A DNA stretch of 64,000 nucleotides from Candidatus Nomurabacteria bacterium (GTDB lineage: Bacteria; Patescibacteriota; Minisyncoccia; Phycocordibacterales; SBAW01): the NCBI GenBank assembly GCA_943349945.1, contig CALQZS010000001.1:213739-277738 (forward strand). Reading direction: 5' to 3'. The number at the start of each line of letters is the position of its first letter. Position 1 is the stretch's first letter. This document shows, piece by piece, positions 1 through 9,678 of this stretch. Under the pieces are notes generated by a model. The model was not told the origin of the DNA. It made no database searches and saw nothing but the letters and a program-made list of their open reading frames with translations. Position numbers and translations under genes: made by a program.

Positions 1-1175
1 ATAACCGGCGTATCTGCCTCCATAGCACTTAGGCGCTTGTTGACCTCCTTTACCGTCGAGGCTACCACCCCTTTGCGTTCGTCGTTTATCGCATTGAGCA
101 CGCGCGCATGCTCTTTTGCCTCCTCTGTTGTTTGACTGCGCAGCAGCATGGCGGCAGTTTCGGGCGAGCCCATGCGCGACGCAGCGTTGATGCGCGGCGC
201 TATCATAAACCCAATATCATCTTCGGTCAGTGTGTGCGGCTTGATGCGCAACAACGCCAAGAGCGCGGCCAAGCCGGGGCGACGGTTGCGGCGCATCACA
301 AGTAGCCCATAGCGAGCGAGCATCCTATTTTCCCCCACCAAGGGAACCATGTCGGACATGGTGCCAAGCCCCACCAAGTCGAGCAGCCATTTTTCCTTGC
401 CTACAATGTATGTACCTGCCGTGCCTGTGGCGCGCATCTTTTGCAGCACCCCTTGGACCAACTTCCACGCCACCCCTGCCCCACAGAGCCCGTCGAAGGG
501 GTATGCGCTGTCGGGGCGTTTGGGATTTATTACTGCAAAAGCAGGCGGAAGATCTGGTACAAGTTGAAGATCTGGCGTAGGCGGAAGGTTATGAGTAATA
601 TCCTCCGCAACAACTTCCCCCACAAAAGTCCTCGGGTCTCCCTCGACCGTCTTCGGACGGTCTTCGGGCCAGACTGTTTGCGTTGGAAGTTGTTGCTTCG
701 TACCGACCAAGTGGTGATCGGTCACGATGACATCTATCCCCTGCTCGTTTGCAAACGCAATAGAGTCGTACTCGGTGGTGCCCAAGTCGACCGTCATCAC
801 CAAAGTGACCCCTTCTTCTTTAAGCTCGGCGAGGCCGCCCACATTGAGCCCGTACCCTTCTTTGTGGCGGTGCGGTATGTAGTGCCGGACAGAGAGCCCC
901 ACGTCGCGCAAAAATTCTGTAAGCAACACACCACCGGGGATACCGTCGCAGTCGTAGTCGCTCCACACCGCCACCTTTTCGCCCTGTGCTTTGGCATGCA
1001 AAATACGGTCGACCGCCTTTTCCATATCAGGCAACAAAAATGGGTCGTGACTGTCGCGGTCGAAGTCGGGCTCCAAAAAACGAGCAATGGCCTCGTCGTC
1101 GGTAATACCGCGAGCGTGGAGCAGGTCGGGAATTAAGTCTTCGTGCGCTCGCTCCCGTACGCGGTATTTTTTCAT
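1..1175 (-). CDS. recJ: Single-stranded-DNA exonuclease RecJ (DHH family); 3' end runs off the window
   Basis: Manual translation from ATG 1175: MKKYRVRERAHEDLIPDLLHARG...HDPFLLPDMEKAVDRI...VWSDYDCDG...DVIVTDHH...INPKR...LCGAGVA. Absent from the ORF track because it is truncated. Confidence 0.93.
   Translation of the reverse strand, partial: MKKYRVRERAHEDLIPDLLHARGITDDEAIARFLEPDFDRDSHDPFLLPDMEKAVDRILHAKAQGEKVAVWSDYDCDGIPGGVLLTEFLRDVGLSVRHYIPHRHKEGYGLNVGGLAELKEEGVTLVMTVDLGTTEYDSIAFANEQGIDVIVTDHHLVGTKQQLPTQTVWPEDRPKTVEGDPRTFVGEVVAEDITHNLPPTPDLQLVPDLPPAFAVINPKRPDSAYPFDGLCGAGVAWKLVQGVLQKMRATGTAGTYIVGKEKWLLDLVGLGTMSDMVPLVGENRMLARYGLLVMRRNRRPGLAALLALLRIKPHTLTEDDIGFMIAPRINAASRMGSPETAAMLLRSQTTEEAKEHARVLNAINDERKGVVASTVKEVNKRLSAMEADTPV
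607..696. repeat. 90-nt structured palindromic element inserted in frame in recJ
   Basis: Perfect 12-bp outer inverted repeat GCAACAACTTCC/GGAAGTTGTTGC and inner hairpin GACCGTC-N4-GACGGTC. It lies within an extra peptide just after the DHH motif. Confidence 0.75.
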
Positions 1176-1217
1176 CAAATTTAGTATACTAAAGGCTAGC
1201 GACATATGTAAAAAAAA

Positions 1218-1550
1218 ATGGAAAGCTGTATTTTTTGTAAAATAGCGGCTGGAGAAATACCCGCCGACAAAGTATACGAAGACGACATGGTCGTCGCCTT
1301 TTTGGACATCAACCCCAAAGCGCCTGGCCACACCCTGCTTATACCAAAAGCCCACCATCAATGGTTCCAAGATTTGCCCGACGATATATACACCGACCTC
1401 TTTCGTACTGCCAAAAAAATAGCGCAGGATATAAAAATTAAAAACGACGCCGACTATGTACGGCTTGGTATTGTGGGCACCGACGTACCACACACGCACA
1501 TACACCTTGTGCCACAAAAGTTGAGCGACAAAAAAGTCCAAGGACTTTAG
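1218..1550 (+). CDS. HIT family nucleotide hydrolase
   Basis: N-terminal CIFCKI, GHTLLIPK and HTHIH histidine triad. Confidence 0.93.
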   Translation: MESCIFCKIAAGEIPADKVYEDDMVVAFLDINPKAPGHTLLIPKAHHQWFQDLPDDIYTDLFRTAKKIAQDIKIKNDADYVRLGIVGTDVPHTHIHLVPQKLSDKKVQGL

Positions 1551-2629
1551 TTTTTGAGCACCTCAAGCGCAGGCAAGGTACCGTCGGCCAAAAACTGGAG
1601 CATCGCTCCGCCGCCGGTCGAGACAAACACACGCTCTGCATCAAACTGCATACCCGAAAGTGCAGCGGCAGTATCTCCCCCGCCCACCACCGCTTTGGCC
1701 GTACCGTCGACAAGCGCCTGCGCAAGCAAGCGGGTACCGTCGACAAACCCCTCTTCATAAATCCCTAGAGGACCATTCCACAATACAAATGGTGCTTCTT
1801 TTGTTTTTTGCGCCCACGCAAGTGCTGTGGTTGGGCCTACATCCACCGCGCGCTCGTTGATGCGTATATCGTTGACCAAGGTACTGCGCTCGGCCTTGTG
1901 TGCCACATCGCTCACAATTAAATCAGTAGGCAGTGTGATGCGCTGGTCTGCCGCCAACTCTGTGGGCACCGCATTGTCCGAGACAAAGGACCCGCCCACA
2001 GGGAAGCCGCGAGCCTTGAGCATGTCGTTGGCCAAAGCGCCACCCAGCAACAATTCTCCGTACACAGCCATCAATTTAGTAAACAAGGGTATTTTTGTTT
2101 CAAATTTTGCACCCCCAACCACCGCAATAGCGCCCTGCGGCGGCGTGAGCGCCTGGGTTAGGTGAGCCACTTCGTCGAGCAGTCGCAAGCCAGCGGCGCT
2201 GGGCAAAAGTGTAGGCAACAACACCATAGACGCATGTGCGCGGTGCGAGTTGGCGAAGGCGTCGTTTATATATACGTCGCCCTGTGCAGCAAGCTCTTGT
2301 GCAAAGGCTAGGTCGTTTGCCTCTTCGCGCGGGTCAAAACGCAAGTTCTCGAGCATCTCTATGTTGGGAGACGATACTAGCTCGCGCAAACGCGCCAACA
2401 CCGGCGCCACACGCAAAGAGTCGTCTGCGCCGCTTGGCCTACCCACGTGGGTAAGCACGATAATTTTTGCAGCACCGCGCTCTAGCAAAAGTTGCACCGT
2501 GGGCACCACGGCCTTGATGCGCGCATCGTCTACCACTTTGCCTCCAGCTAGCGGCACATTGCAGTCGGCACGAAGCAGCACCCGCTTACCCGAAACGTCC
2601 ACATCAACAACACTTTTTATTTCTTGCAT
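1547..2629 (-). CDS. pgk: Phosphoglycerate kinase
   Basis: RADCNVP, THVGRP, LENLRF, NDAFANSHRAHAS, WNGPLG, GGGDT and STGGGA motifs. Confidence 0.97.
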   Translation of the reverse strand: MQEIKSVVDVDVSGKRVLLRADCNVPLAGGKVVDDARIKAVVPTVQLLLERGAAKIIVLTHVGRPSGADDSLRVAPVLARLRELVSSPNIEMLENLRFDPREEANDLAFAQELAAQGDVYINDAFANSHRAHASMVLLPTLLPSAAGLRLLDEVAHLTQALTPPQGAIAVVGGAKFETKIPLFTKLMAVYGELLLGGALANDMLKARGFPVGGSFVSDNAVPTELAADQRITLPTDLIVSDVAHKAERSTLVNDIRINERAVDVGPTTALAWAQKTKEAPFVLWNGPLGIYEEGFVDGTRLLAQALVDGTAKAVVGGGDTAAALSGMQFDAERVFVSTGGGAMLQFLADGTLPALEVLKN

Positions 2630-3372
2630 ATACGCATCAATTCTATGAATGAAGTAACTTCTGTACTCGCCCGCCCCACCAAAAATCCGGAAATATCTCC
2701 CTCGGCAAGCAGCCCCGGCGCATTATGCGCATCCACCGAGCCGCCATAGAGTATCGGTATTTTGATGCCCACCGCACGCCCCAAGAGGTCTGCAAGAGTT
2801 TTGCGTATAAAAATTACCATTTCGCGCAACTCGGCAGGAGGCAATGCTTCGGACGCATCTTTGCCAATAGCCCATACGGGTTCGTAAGCCACCACAACCT
2901 TGGCTGCAGCGGGTTTGCCATTTGCGCCCATAAGCGCCTGCGCAAGTTGCCCCGCCACCACAGAAAAATGGGCACCCGACGGGTCGCGCTCTGTTTCGCC
3001 CACACACAAGACCACCATAAGCCCAGCATTGTGTGCTGCGGCAACCTGCGCCGGCACTAGCGCACCTTCGGTAGCGCGGCGCTCTGAGTGGCCCACAATA
3101 ACCCAAGCAGCCCCTGCAGCCTTGAGCATCACCGCGGAAACCTCGCCGGTATGTTGTGCATCATCAAAAGGCGACACGGTTTGCCCGGCAATTTTTATGC
3201 GGCTCCCCGCAGCGGCTGCAAGCGTCGGCAGGAGCGTAAACGACGGCGCAAGCACTACATCAACGCCAGAGATATTTTGCGCCTTGCGTTTACATGCCGC
3301 TATAAAACGCTTCGCTTCCTCTGGCTTCTCGATATACATCTTCCAGTTACCCACGAGCAACTTCTTTTTCAT
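2617..3372 (-). CDS. tpiA: Triosephosphate isomerase
   Basis: GNWKM, HTGEVS, GHSERR, AYEPVWAIG, LYGGSV and LVGRAS motifs. Confidence 0.97.
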   Translation of the reverse strand: MKKKLLVGNWKMYIEKPEEAKRFIAACKRKAQNISGVDVVLAPSFTLLPTLAAAAGSRIKIAGQTVSPFDDAQHTGEVSAVMLKAAGAAWVIVGHSERRATEGALVPAQVAAAHNAGLMVVLCVGETERDPSGAHFSVVAGQLAQALMGANGKPAAAKVVVAYEPVWAIGKDASEALPPAELREMVIFIRKTLADLLGRAVGIKIPILYGGSVDAHNAPGLLAEGDISGFLVGRASTEVTSFIELMRICKK

Positions 3373-3390
3373 GTAGCAACTATACCGTCT

Positions 3391-5136
3391 CTAGTCCTGT
3401 CCTGCCACTTTGAGCACCTCGTCTATACTGGTTAAGCCTTGCGCAGCCTTGACCACCCCATCCCCCACCAGCGAAAATAGCCCGGACTCTTTTGCTGCCT
3501 CTTGGAAAAGCGCTGCATCAGCTTCGCGCAAGATAAGCTCCTTGAGCACAGCGGAAGTTGGCCACACTTCTTGTAGCCCCAGCGCGCCGCTGTAGCCGCC
3601 TTTGCACTGACCACATGATTTTGCAGTAAAAAACGCGACATCCTTCCATAGTGCTTGGCTGTCGATTTTGTTTTCTGATTTTAAAATAGCGAGCACCTGG
3701 CCCAAGTCGGCATGCGTACTTATTGCATCCATTTGTGCGCGGCCCAGCCTGTGTTGTTCGTTGTTTGGGCAAAGTTTGGGCACCACCGCGGTACCCACAA
3801 CGCAGCGTAGCGCAGAGGCAAGCAACAGCGGCGGCACACCAAGCGTCAACAAACGCTCCAAACCTGCAGCAGCAGACGACGCCTCTATTGCCGCCAACAC
3901 CAGCACACCACGATTTGCCGCCTCGGCGGCAAGCAGCGCCGTGTCGGCATCGTGCAAGTTGGAAACCATCACCACGTCCGGGTCTTGGCGCAGCGCCGCG
4001 CGCAACGCCACCCCAAATGTAAGCCCCATCTCAGGCGCAACAGCTGTTTGTGTTACAAAGGGAAGATACATCTCTATAGGGTCTTCCACTGAGGCAATAC
4101 TTGCCCCGCGGCCGCCAAGCATGTCGAGCAGCGTGTACAACAAGGTGGTTTTGCCCGACTGCCGCTGGCCCGCCACCAACACCAACCCAGACTTAAGCGA
4201 CAGCGCTTGGTGCAACTCGTCGCGTGCTTGCGTGTGGAGCCCTAGCGACTCCAACGTAAAGCCCCGACGACCTCCCTGCTCGGACACCAGCTGCAACACC
4301 ACCTTTTCCCCCGAGGCACCGCCGACCACAACAGGCACCGTGGAGACACGTACCGAAACCTCTGCATCGCCCACCGCTACGCGGAACCTCCCCTCTTGAG
4401 GCAGTGTTGTGCTGAGCGACAACTGGGCCAGCTGTTTGAGCCGCGCCGCAATGCCCGCAAATGCGGCCTTGGGTAATTGCATAGCATCATAGAGCGTCGT
4501 CCCTATCCGGTAACGAAGTAGGAGCCCTTGTTCGCGCGGCTCTAGGTGGACGGCGCTCGCGCCTTGGTATAGCGCGTGGCCAATAAGCGCATCCACCGCG
4601 GAGCGAGTATGCAGACGCTCGGCAAGCACGCCAGGCGTCGCTGCGTCAGCCGCCACAGCGGCTGCATCACGGGCAATATGTGCGCCAAACTGTTCTTTGA
4701 GGTGCCGCTGGTAGTGCAAAAGCGCGCGGGTCATAGACTCGCGGTCGGTCAGGCGAGGCGCGATTTTGTATTTTGTATGTAAATGCAGCTGTTCGAGCGC
4801 AGACAAGTCGGCAATATCAAGCAGCGCCACCTCAAGCACCTCGCCGCGAAGCGCCAAGGCAACCAAACTGTGCCTCCGGGCAAGTGGCTCGGGCACCATA
4901 GCCAGGGCATCGTGCGCAATTTCGTTTGGAGTAAAGCGCACAAAGGGTAGTCCGAGACCACGCGCCATCGCGCGCCGCACCTCATCCTCGCCCAGCGCAC
5001 CCGTCTCGACCAGCACCCGCGAGAGCGGTGTGCCCGACGTCTCTGCTAGCCGCAGTGCAGCATCCAACTGCGAGCGAGACAGCAGCCCCGCGTCGAGTAA
5101 AAAATCTCGCAACCGCTCTTCTTCTGCGTACATCAC
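3391..5136 (-). CDS. GspE/PilB-family ATPase paralog with degenerate catalytic motifs
   Basis: N-terminal MshEN-like region, HLEP, LPQEGRF, SVEDPIE, LRQDPD and C-terminal GLTSIDEV. Walker A reads GQRQSGKTT; Walker B and His box are altered. Confidence 0.88.
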   Translation of the reverse strand: MMYAEEERLRDFLLDAGLLSRSQLDAALRLAETSGTPLSRVLVETGALGEDEVRRAMARGLGLPFVRFTPNEIAHDALAMVPEPLARRHSLVALALRGEVLEVALLDIADLSALEQLHLHTKYKIAPRLTDRESMTRALLHYQRHLKEQFGAHIARDAAAVAADAATPGVLAERLHTRSAVDALIGHALYQGASAVHLEPREQGLLLRYRIGTTLYDAMQLPKAAFAGIAARLKQLAQLSLSTTLPQEGRFRVAVGDAEVSVRVSTVPVVVGGASGEKVVLQLVSEQGGRRGFTLESLGLHTQARDELHQALSLKSGLVLVAGQRQSGKTTLLYTLLDMLGGRGASIASVEDPIEMYLPFVTQTAVAPEMGLTFGVALRAALRQDPDVVMVSNLHDADTALLAAEAANRGVLVLAAIEASSAAAGLERLLTLGVPPLLLASALRCVVGTAVVPKLCPNNEQHRLGRAQMDAISTHADLGQVLAILKSENKIDSQALWKDVAFFTAKSCGQCKGGYSGALGLQEVWPTSAVLKELILREADAALFQEAAKESGLFSLVGDGVVKAAQGLTSIDEVLKVAGQD

Positions 5137-5180
5137 TCATTAGTATACCGCCTTGGCGGCACACCTTGCACGGGATAAAA

Positions 5181-7649
5181 CTACTGTTCGATATAACTTG
5201 GAAGCAAGTTCACCACTGCGCTTGCAGAGTTAGACCCGTAGGCATTGGTACAGGTGAGGGTGAAGGTAGTCTGCGCATCCAGGGGACCAGAGTCTACATC
5301 AGCGCCAGAGAGTGCCGTACTAGAGAATCCGTTTTGTCCGGTTACGGAACATGAGATTGCGTCGGTAGTAGACCAGTCGAGTTTGGTGGACGTATCTTTA
5401 CGCACACGCGTTGGGTCGGCACTAAGAGAAATAGTTGGCAAACATTGCGTGTCTGATGGTGCTGCGACACTACAGGAGCCGTTGCACATCACCGTACCAG
5501 AACTTGTTTGGCCACAGACGTTTGCGCCGGAAGTGCATGAGTTGCCGTAGGTGGCAGGCACAGGTGGCACCGTTGCCGAGCAATTGCAGCCCGAGTCGTA
5601 AGTACCAGTGGCATAGTTGCAGGCATTTGAAACACTACAAGCAGCTCCAACGGTGCAGGCTGCCGTCACATTCACATCGGTCCATCCACCACAGTTGTTT
5701 GCTTCGTTTGACTCGGCAATGACACCTACGGTGTCGCCGCTATAGGATTTGTCGGCACAGACGCGGATGCCGTAGGTGCCAGCTGCAGGGAAGGTGTAGG
5801 ACTGGGTAGCTATGCCACTACCCCACGCAGTCAAGGCAGACATGTTGGAAGCAGCTAGGTCGGTGATGACCTCTGCAGCGTGGGCGATGTTAAAGAGTTT
5901 GGTAAAGATGTTATGTGGAGCAGTGGCTGTGGTGTTGCTGCGTACTTGGTAGAAGTTTTGGAAGCCAATGTTGGTAGAGCCACCTCCTGTGTTGGTGACT
6001 GTGGCAGAGAAGGTGGTGGGGGTGCCTGCAACTGCACTAGTAGGGGTGATGCCCGAGACCGTGAGGTCTGGGGTACCTCCACAAGAAAAAACAGGTGTAT
6101 TACCAGAAACATTCCAGTTTACAGGGTCCCCGGGGTGCACCCACGCGCTATACAAAGCGTTTGGGGTGGTGGGTACAGTTATGGATGTGCCAGAGTAGTT
6201 GTCTATATAGCAAACACGGGGATCCGCACTCCATGACGTCCATCCGCTTGCGCAGCTCTCTGTAGTTGGTCTGTAGTAGCGTGGATAGAATTTGGTAGCA
6301 CCAGCTGGCGTTGACCATGAAAGGACTGCGGATGTTCCTCCAGCGTTACAAGAGGCGGTCATTGTAGGGGCTGTGAGTGCCGTACAAGAAAACGATGACA
6401 TGTTTGCTGTCCAATTTACTGTACCGCCTACATTAGTGTGCACCCAAGTAGAATAGGTAACACCAGGAGTGATGCCCGAAAGGTAAGCGTAGGTTTCTGC
6501 AATATTATCTTTGTAACAACCGTATTCCCAATGTGTCCACCCAGCAGGACACGAAGAAAGGTTAGCGCTTACTCGCGGATAATAGGTAGCGCCAGAGACA
6601 GGGCTCCATGAGAGCGTAACGCCAGTACCACTTCCATCACACGCCGCATACACTGATGGATTACCAGCTGCTGGCGGCGCACATGCGCCATCCCCTGCGC
6701 GCAAGTACTGGTACTGTACTGGGCTGGTGTTGCTGTACTGCCACCATTGCCAGTTGTTGCCGTTGGGGTCGCTGCCGCCAGTACAGTAAGGGGTCCAGGT
6801 TATTGCAACCGGAGCTGGTACAACGTAGTACGTACGCTGACTCAATGGTGTACCCCAACTTGCACCATCATATCCAGATACAGAGAATATATATTCTCCT
6901 ATTGGCAAGTTGTACACTAAATTACCATTAGAATCTGCGACAGGGCCGTGGATATTTGCCCCTCCTTGCCACCAAGAGGTACCCGCCGCTTGCACAACTG
7001 AATATTGGGCATTTTGTGTACTCCAGCTTACCGTCGCTTGGCAAGTAGTTGCACCCGGAGCAGCGACACAAGGGCTGCTTGGATAGACAGAGAGGTTCCC
7101 GCTTACTTGAGCGGCTGGTTGGTTTGCCGGCGGCGCACAACTGACCGCAGTAAAGGAGTATCGTTCGTATGTATAGCCAGAGTTATTGCCCAATACCCAA
7201 ATCTGGTACCCAGCACCTCCGGTGAGAAGGCTTGAAAAAGACGACGACCCCGAACAAGGTACGCTGGAACCGAGAGATTGTACGAAGTTGCCCCCACCGT
7301 CGTGCAAGTTTATCCGAAGGCTACTGTCGCCGTTACTTTCACAACTAGGTGAATGACCAGATGCCGCTGTTTCGTTCCAAGAAAAAGATAGGTTGTTGCG
7401 CCCAGACCCATCACAACTAGGCCCTAAACTACCAAAACATGCAGCAACCCCCTGCCCTAGGCCAATTTGCTCAGGAGCCAAACTCACCACAGAAGCACGT
7501 TCTGATACAAACGCACCTGCAAAAACTAAACAAAAGGCAACAGTAGCCCCCGCCGCCATAAACTGTGGCTTTTTTATCAAAACAGAGGGGCGTACTATTT
7601 GCAGGAAAACTTTTTTACTGCGCTGCAAATATGTATTAAATTTTGTCAT
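5181..7649 (-). CDS. Large membrane-anchored surface protein with Cys-containing FN3/Ig-like repeats and a CARDB-like domain
   Basis: N-terminal TM segment; two related ~95-aa repeats (C..GT...LSWS...GAT..YPR...C..GW..W...CY.DN...TP...YS.WVH); PDLTVSGITP...IAESNEANNC CARDB-like signature; C-terminal 'LDWS..CSV..TTFTLTC' Ig-like module. Confidence 0.75.
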   Translation of the reverse strand: MTKFNTYLQRSKKVFLQIVRPSVLIKKPQFMAAGATVAFCLVFAGAFVSERASVVSLAPEQIGLGQGVAACFGSLGPSCDGSGRNNLSFSWNETAASGHSPSCESNGDSSLRINLHDGGGNFVQSLGSSVPCSGSSSFSSLLTGGAGYQIWVLGNNSGYTYERYSFTAVSCAPPANQPAAQVSGNLSVYPSSPCVAAPGATTCQATVSWSTQNAQYSVVQAAGTSWWQGGANIHGPVADSNGNLVYNLPIGEYIFSVSGYDGASWGTPLSQRTYYVVPAPVAITWTPYCTGGSDPNGNNWQWWQYSNTSPVQYQYLRAGDGACAPPAAGNPSVYAACDGSGTGVTLSWSPVSGATYYPRVSANLSSCPAGWTHWEYGCYKDNIAETYAYLSGITPGVTYSTWVHTNVGGTVNWTANMSSFSCTALTAPTMTASCNAGGTSAVLSWSTPAGATKFYPRYYRPTTESCASGWTSWSADPRVCYIDNYSGTSITVPTTPNALYSAWVHPGDPVNWNVSGNTPVFSCGGTPDLTVSGITPTSAVAGTPTTFSATVTNTGGGSTNIGFQNFYQVRSNTTATAPHNIFTKLFNIAHAAEVITDLAASNMSALTAWGSGIATQSYTFPAAGTYGIRVCADKSYSGDTVGVIAESNEANNCGGWTDVNVTAACTVGAACSVSNACNYATGTYDSGCNCSATVPPVPATYGNSCTSGANVCGQTSSGTVMCNGSCSVAAPSDTQCLPTISLSADPTRVRKDTSTKLDWSTTDAISCSVTGQNGFSSTALSGADVDSGPLDAQTTFTLTCTNAYGSNSASAVVNLLPSYIEQ

Positions 7650-7652
7650 ATA

Positions 7653-8453
7653 CTACTTCTTTGCTTGAGCTAGAGATAAATTTGCCTCTATTGCAGCTTG
7701 GAAAGCTTTGATGCTTGCCTCTATCGAGGCTGGGTCGTTGCCCGAATATGCTCGGTGCCATTGTTTTGGGGTCACCTCGCGAGCCAACGCAAGAGCTTGT
7801 GTAAAAGAAGCTTCCGCGTCTACATAGTGTAACCTGTTTAATTGCGCCAACCCCAAAGAATTCCACAACCAGGGGATATCTTTTGCCTCCGGTACTTTTA
7901 TAAAAGCATCTTGGATAACAGCTTCTGATTCTGTGTACTTGCCCTCTTTGGCTAATACGAATGCCAAATCGTTGTATCCACCCCACTCTGCAGGCGCCCA
8001 AGCAACAAAATTTCTAAAATCCTCCTCCGCTGCAGACAGGTTGTTTAGACTTATATACGTAAGCCCGCGCACATATAGGGAGCGTGGGTTGTAGGGGAAC
8101 AAAATTAATTCTGCATTGATATGTGCGAGCGCTCTATCAAGCTGGCCGTCCACAAAATAGATACGCGCCAGCTGGTAGCGCACCAATTGCGTCGCCGGGT
8201 CCAGCTGCAGCGCCAGTTCATATGACGCGGCAGCTTTGCGCAAGTTGTATTCCCCACCGCCAAAGTAGTAGTTGCCTAGTTGCGCCGCCAACGCGGCATC
8301 TGAGTGATTGAGGTAGTACGCAGCCGTTGGTGAGTGAGTATATACAAAACTGGCCACAAACTTTTGAAACGAAGGCGGCGCAACCCACCAAACTACCACC
8401 AAAAGACATAGGGCAAACAAAAATAAGAAAGCGTATGTGCGGCGGCGCATCAC
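7653..8453 (-). CDS. Membrane-anchored tetratricopeptide-repeat protein
   Basis: N-terminal TM; TPR patterns (YELALQLDP, LARIYFVDG, YVRGLTY, WNSLGLAQ). Confidence 0.85.
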   Translation of the reverse strand: MMRRRTYAFLFLFALCLLVVVWWVAPPSFQKFVASFVYTHSPTAAYYLNHSDAALAAQLGNYYFGGGEYNLRKAAASYELALQLDPATQLVRYQLARIYFVDGQLDRALAHINAELILFPYNPRSLYVRGLTYISLNNLSAAEEDFRNFVAWAPAEWGGYNDLAFVLAKEGKYTESEAVIQDAFIKVPEAKDIPWLWNSLGLAQLNRLHYVDAEASFTQALALAREVTPKQWHRAYSGNDPASIEASIKAFQAAIEANLSLAQAKK

Positions 8454-8550
8454 ACTACCTAGTGTACGCTATATATCAGCAACAAAAAGTGGAAAACTAC
8501 AAATGAGAAGACCCAACGCCGCGAGTGCAACGTTGGGTCTTGTGCCGGAA

Positions 8551-8841
8551 TCATCCGGACTTCGAGGACAGGCTCTGCGTAAGGACCTGCGCCAGGCCCT
8601 TGGCATAGTCTGCGGCGTTCGCCGCGTCGAGCCCCATGTTCTGGTCGGTGTACGACCCGACACGGAGCCCGTCGATGCGCGCCTGCTTCAGCGTGACTTC
8701 CGCCACCTTGGCGCGGTTGAGCGCCGCGTCGCAGACGAGGTCCTTCTGGCAGGCCGCCCGCTCGTCGAAGCTCAGCTCCTGGCCGAGTGCGGGGCCGGCA
8801 AGCGCGATCATGATTACAAAGAAACGTCCGATATTACGCAT
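8551..8841 (-). CDS. Small secreted hypothetical protein (ORFan)
   Basis: GGAGG SD before ATG 8841; signal peptide ending AGPALG-Q; own promoter TTGACA-17-TAAGAT. Confidence 0.7.
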   Translation of the reverse strand: MRNIGRFFVIMIALAGPALGQELSFDERAACQKDLVCDAALNRAKVAEVTLKQARIDGLRVGSYTDQNMGLDAANAADYAKGLAQVLTQSLSSKSG

Positions 8842-8896
8842 AACAACCTCCATTGGATGTTTCGGTGCGTCCCACCTTGGGCCACCAATACATACT

Positions 8897-8925
8897 ATCT
8901 TAGCATGTTAAGCAAATTTTGTCAA
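8897..8925 (-). promoter_or_regulatory. Sigma70-like promoter of the 8841 ORFan
   Basis: TTGACA-N17-TAAGAT on the minus strand. Confidence 0.6.
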
Positions 8926-9055
8926 GTATTTTGTAGCGACCCAACATCCAAGAGGTATTGACTTTTATATAATAAAAGTGTCAAGTAACCTTTAGTTGCA
9001 ACCCGTTCCTTCCCGCCTTGGGCGGCATAGGACCACATACCAGTCGAGGTATCCA

Positions 9056-9475
9056 ATGATTAAAGTGTTCTTGTTGGCGGCTCTCACTGCGCTATCCCCT
9101 TCCACACTTGTAGCGCAGTCAAAGGAAGTGCCGAAACAGTGTCGGGCGGCCTGGACAATCACAGACGACCCAAGCAAGCGGCACGAGCGCAACACTGGAG
9201 CAGGTCTTGTTGATCTGCTCCAGAAGCGATACTACTCCAAGCCAGGCATAGAGGCATTCCATAGCCCACCAGAAAGCGGCTCTGGGTACGTATACTCAGT
9301 CCCAATTGTCGTGGAAGATTTACCGAATGGAGGTAAGCAATTTACCTTCAATCGAAAGAACGACAATGCGTTTGTAATCGGCACCCTGCATCAAATTCCG
9401 GACGGCCGATGGGAAATGGCACTTTCAGTACAATTGCTAGGATACGTAACGGCAACTGGCCTTTGTATCGAGTAG
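9056..9475 (+). CDS. Small secreted hypothetical protein (ORFan)
   Basis: GAGGT SD; signal peptide MIKVFLLAALTALSPSTLVA; two Cys; followed by a hairpin at 9496-9521. Confidence 0.7.
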   Translation: MIKVFLLAALTALSPSTLVAQSKEVPKQCRAAWTITDDPSKRHERNTGAGLVDLLQKRYYSKPGIEAFHSPPESGSGYVYSVPIVVEDLPNGGKQFTFNRKNDNAFVIGTLHQIPDGRWEMALSVQLLGYVTATGLCIE

Positions 9476-9580
9476 CTCGCCCATGCGCACAAAAGCCCTG
9501 CAAATATGTTATTTGCAGGGCTTCCACTATAAAAACTGTATAAATGCTTACACAAGTATATAGTTAATACAGTGAGGGGG

Positions 9581-9609
9581 TTGACTTTTACACAATAAAG
9601 GTATATAAT
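9581..9609 (+). promoter_or_regulatory. Consensus sigma70 promoter
   Basis: TTGACT-N17-TATAAT. Confidence 0.7.
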
Positions 9610-9678
9610 AAAGCCAGTTGTAACACGGCACATTTTCCCATTTGGGAAGGCGTGAGTAACATAGCAAGGAGAAAGTAC

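Noticed and set aside
540-710. Intein or intron in recJ
   Set aside because: The insert is ~50 aa with no Cys/Ser start or His-Asn end, and it is far too short for group I/II intron cores; the frame stays open.
5181-7649. Diversity-generating retroelement target
   Set aside because: No reverse transcriptase and no template/variable repeat pair differing at adenines was seen.
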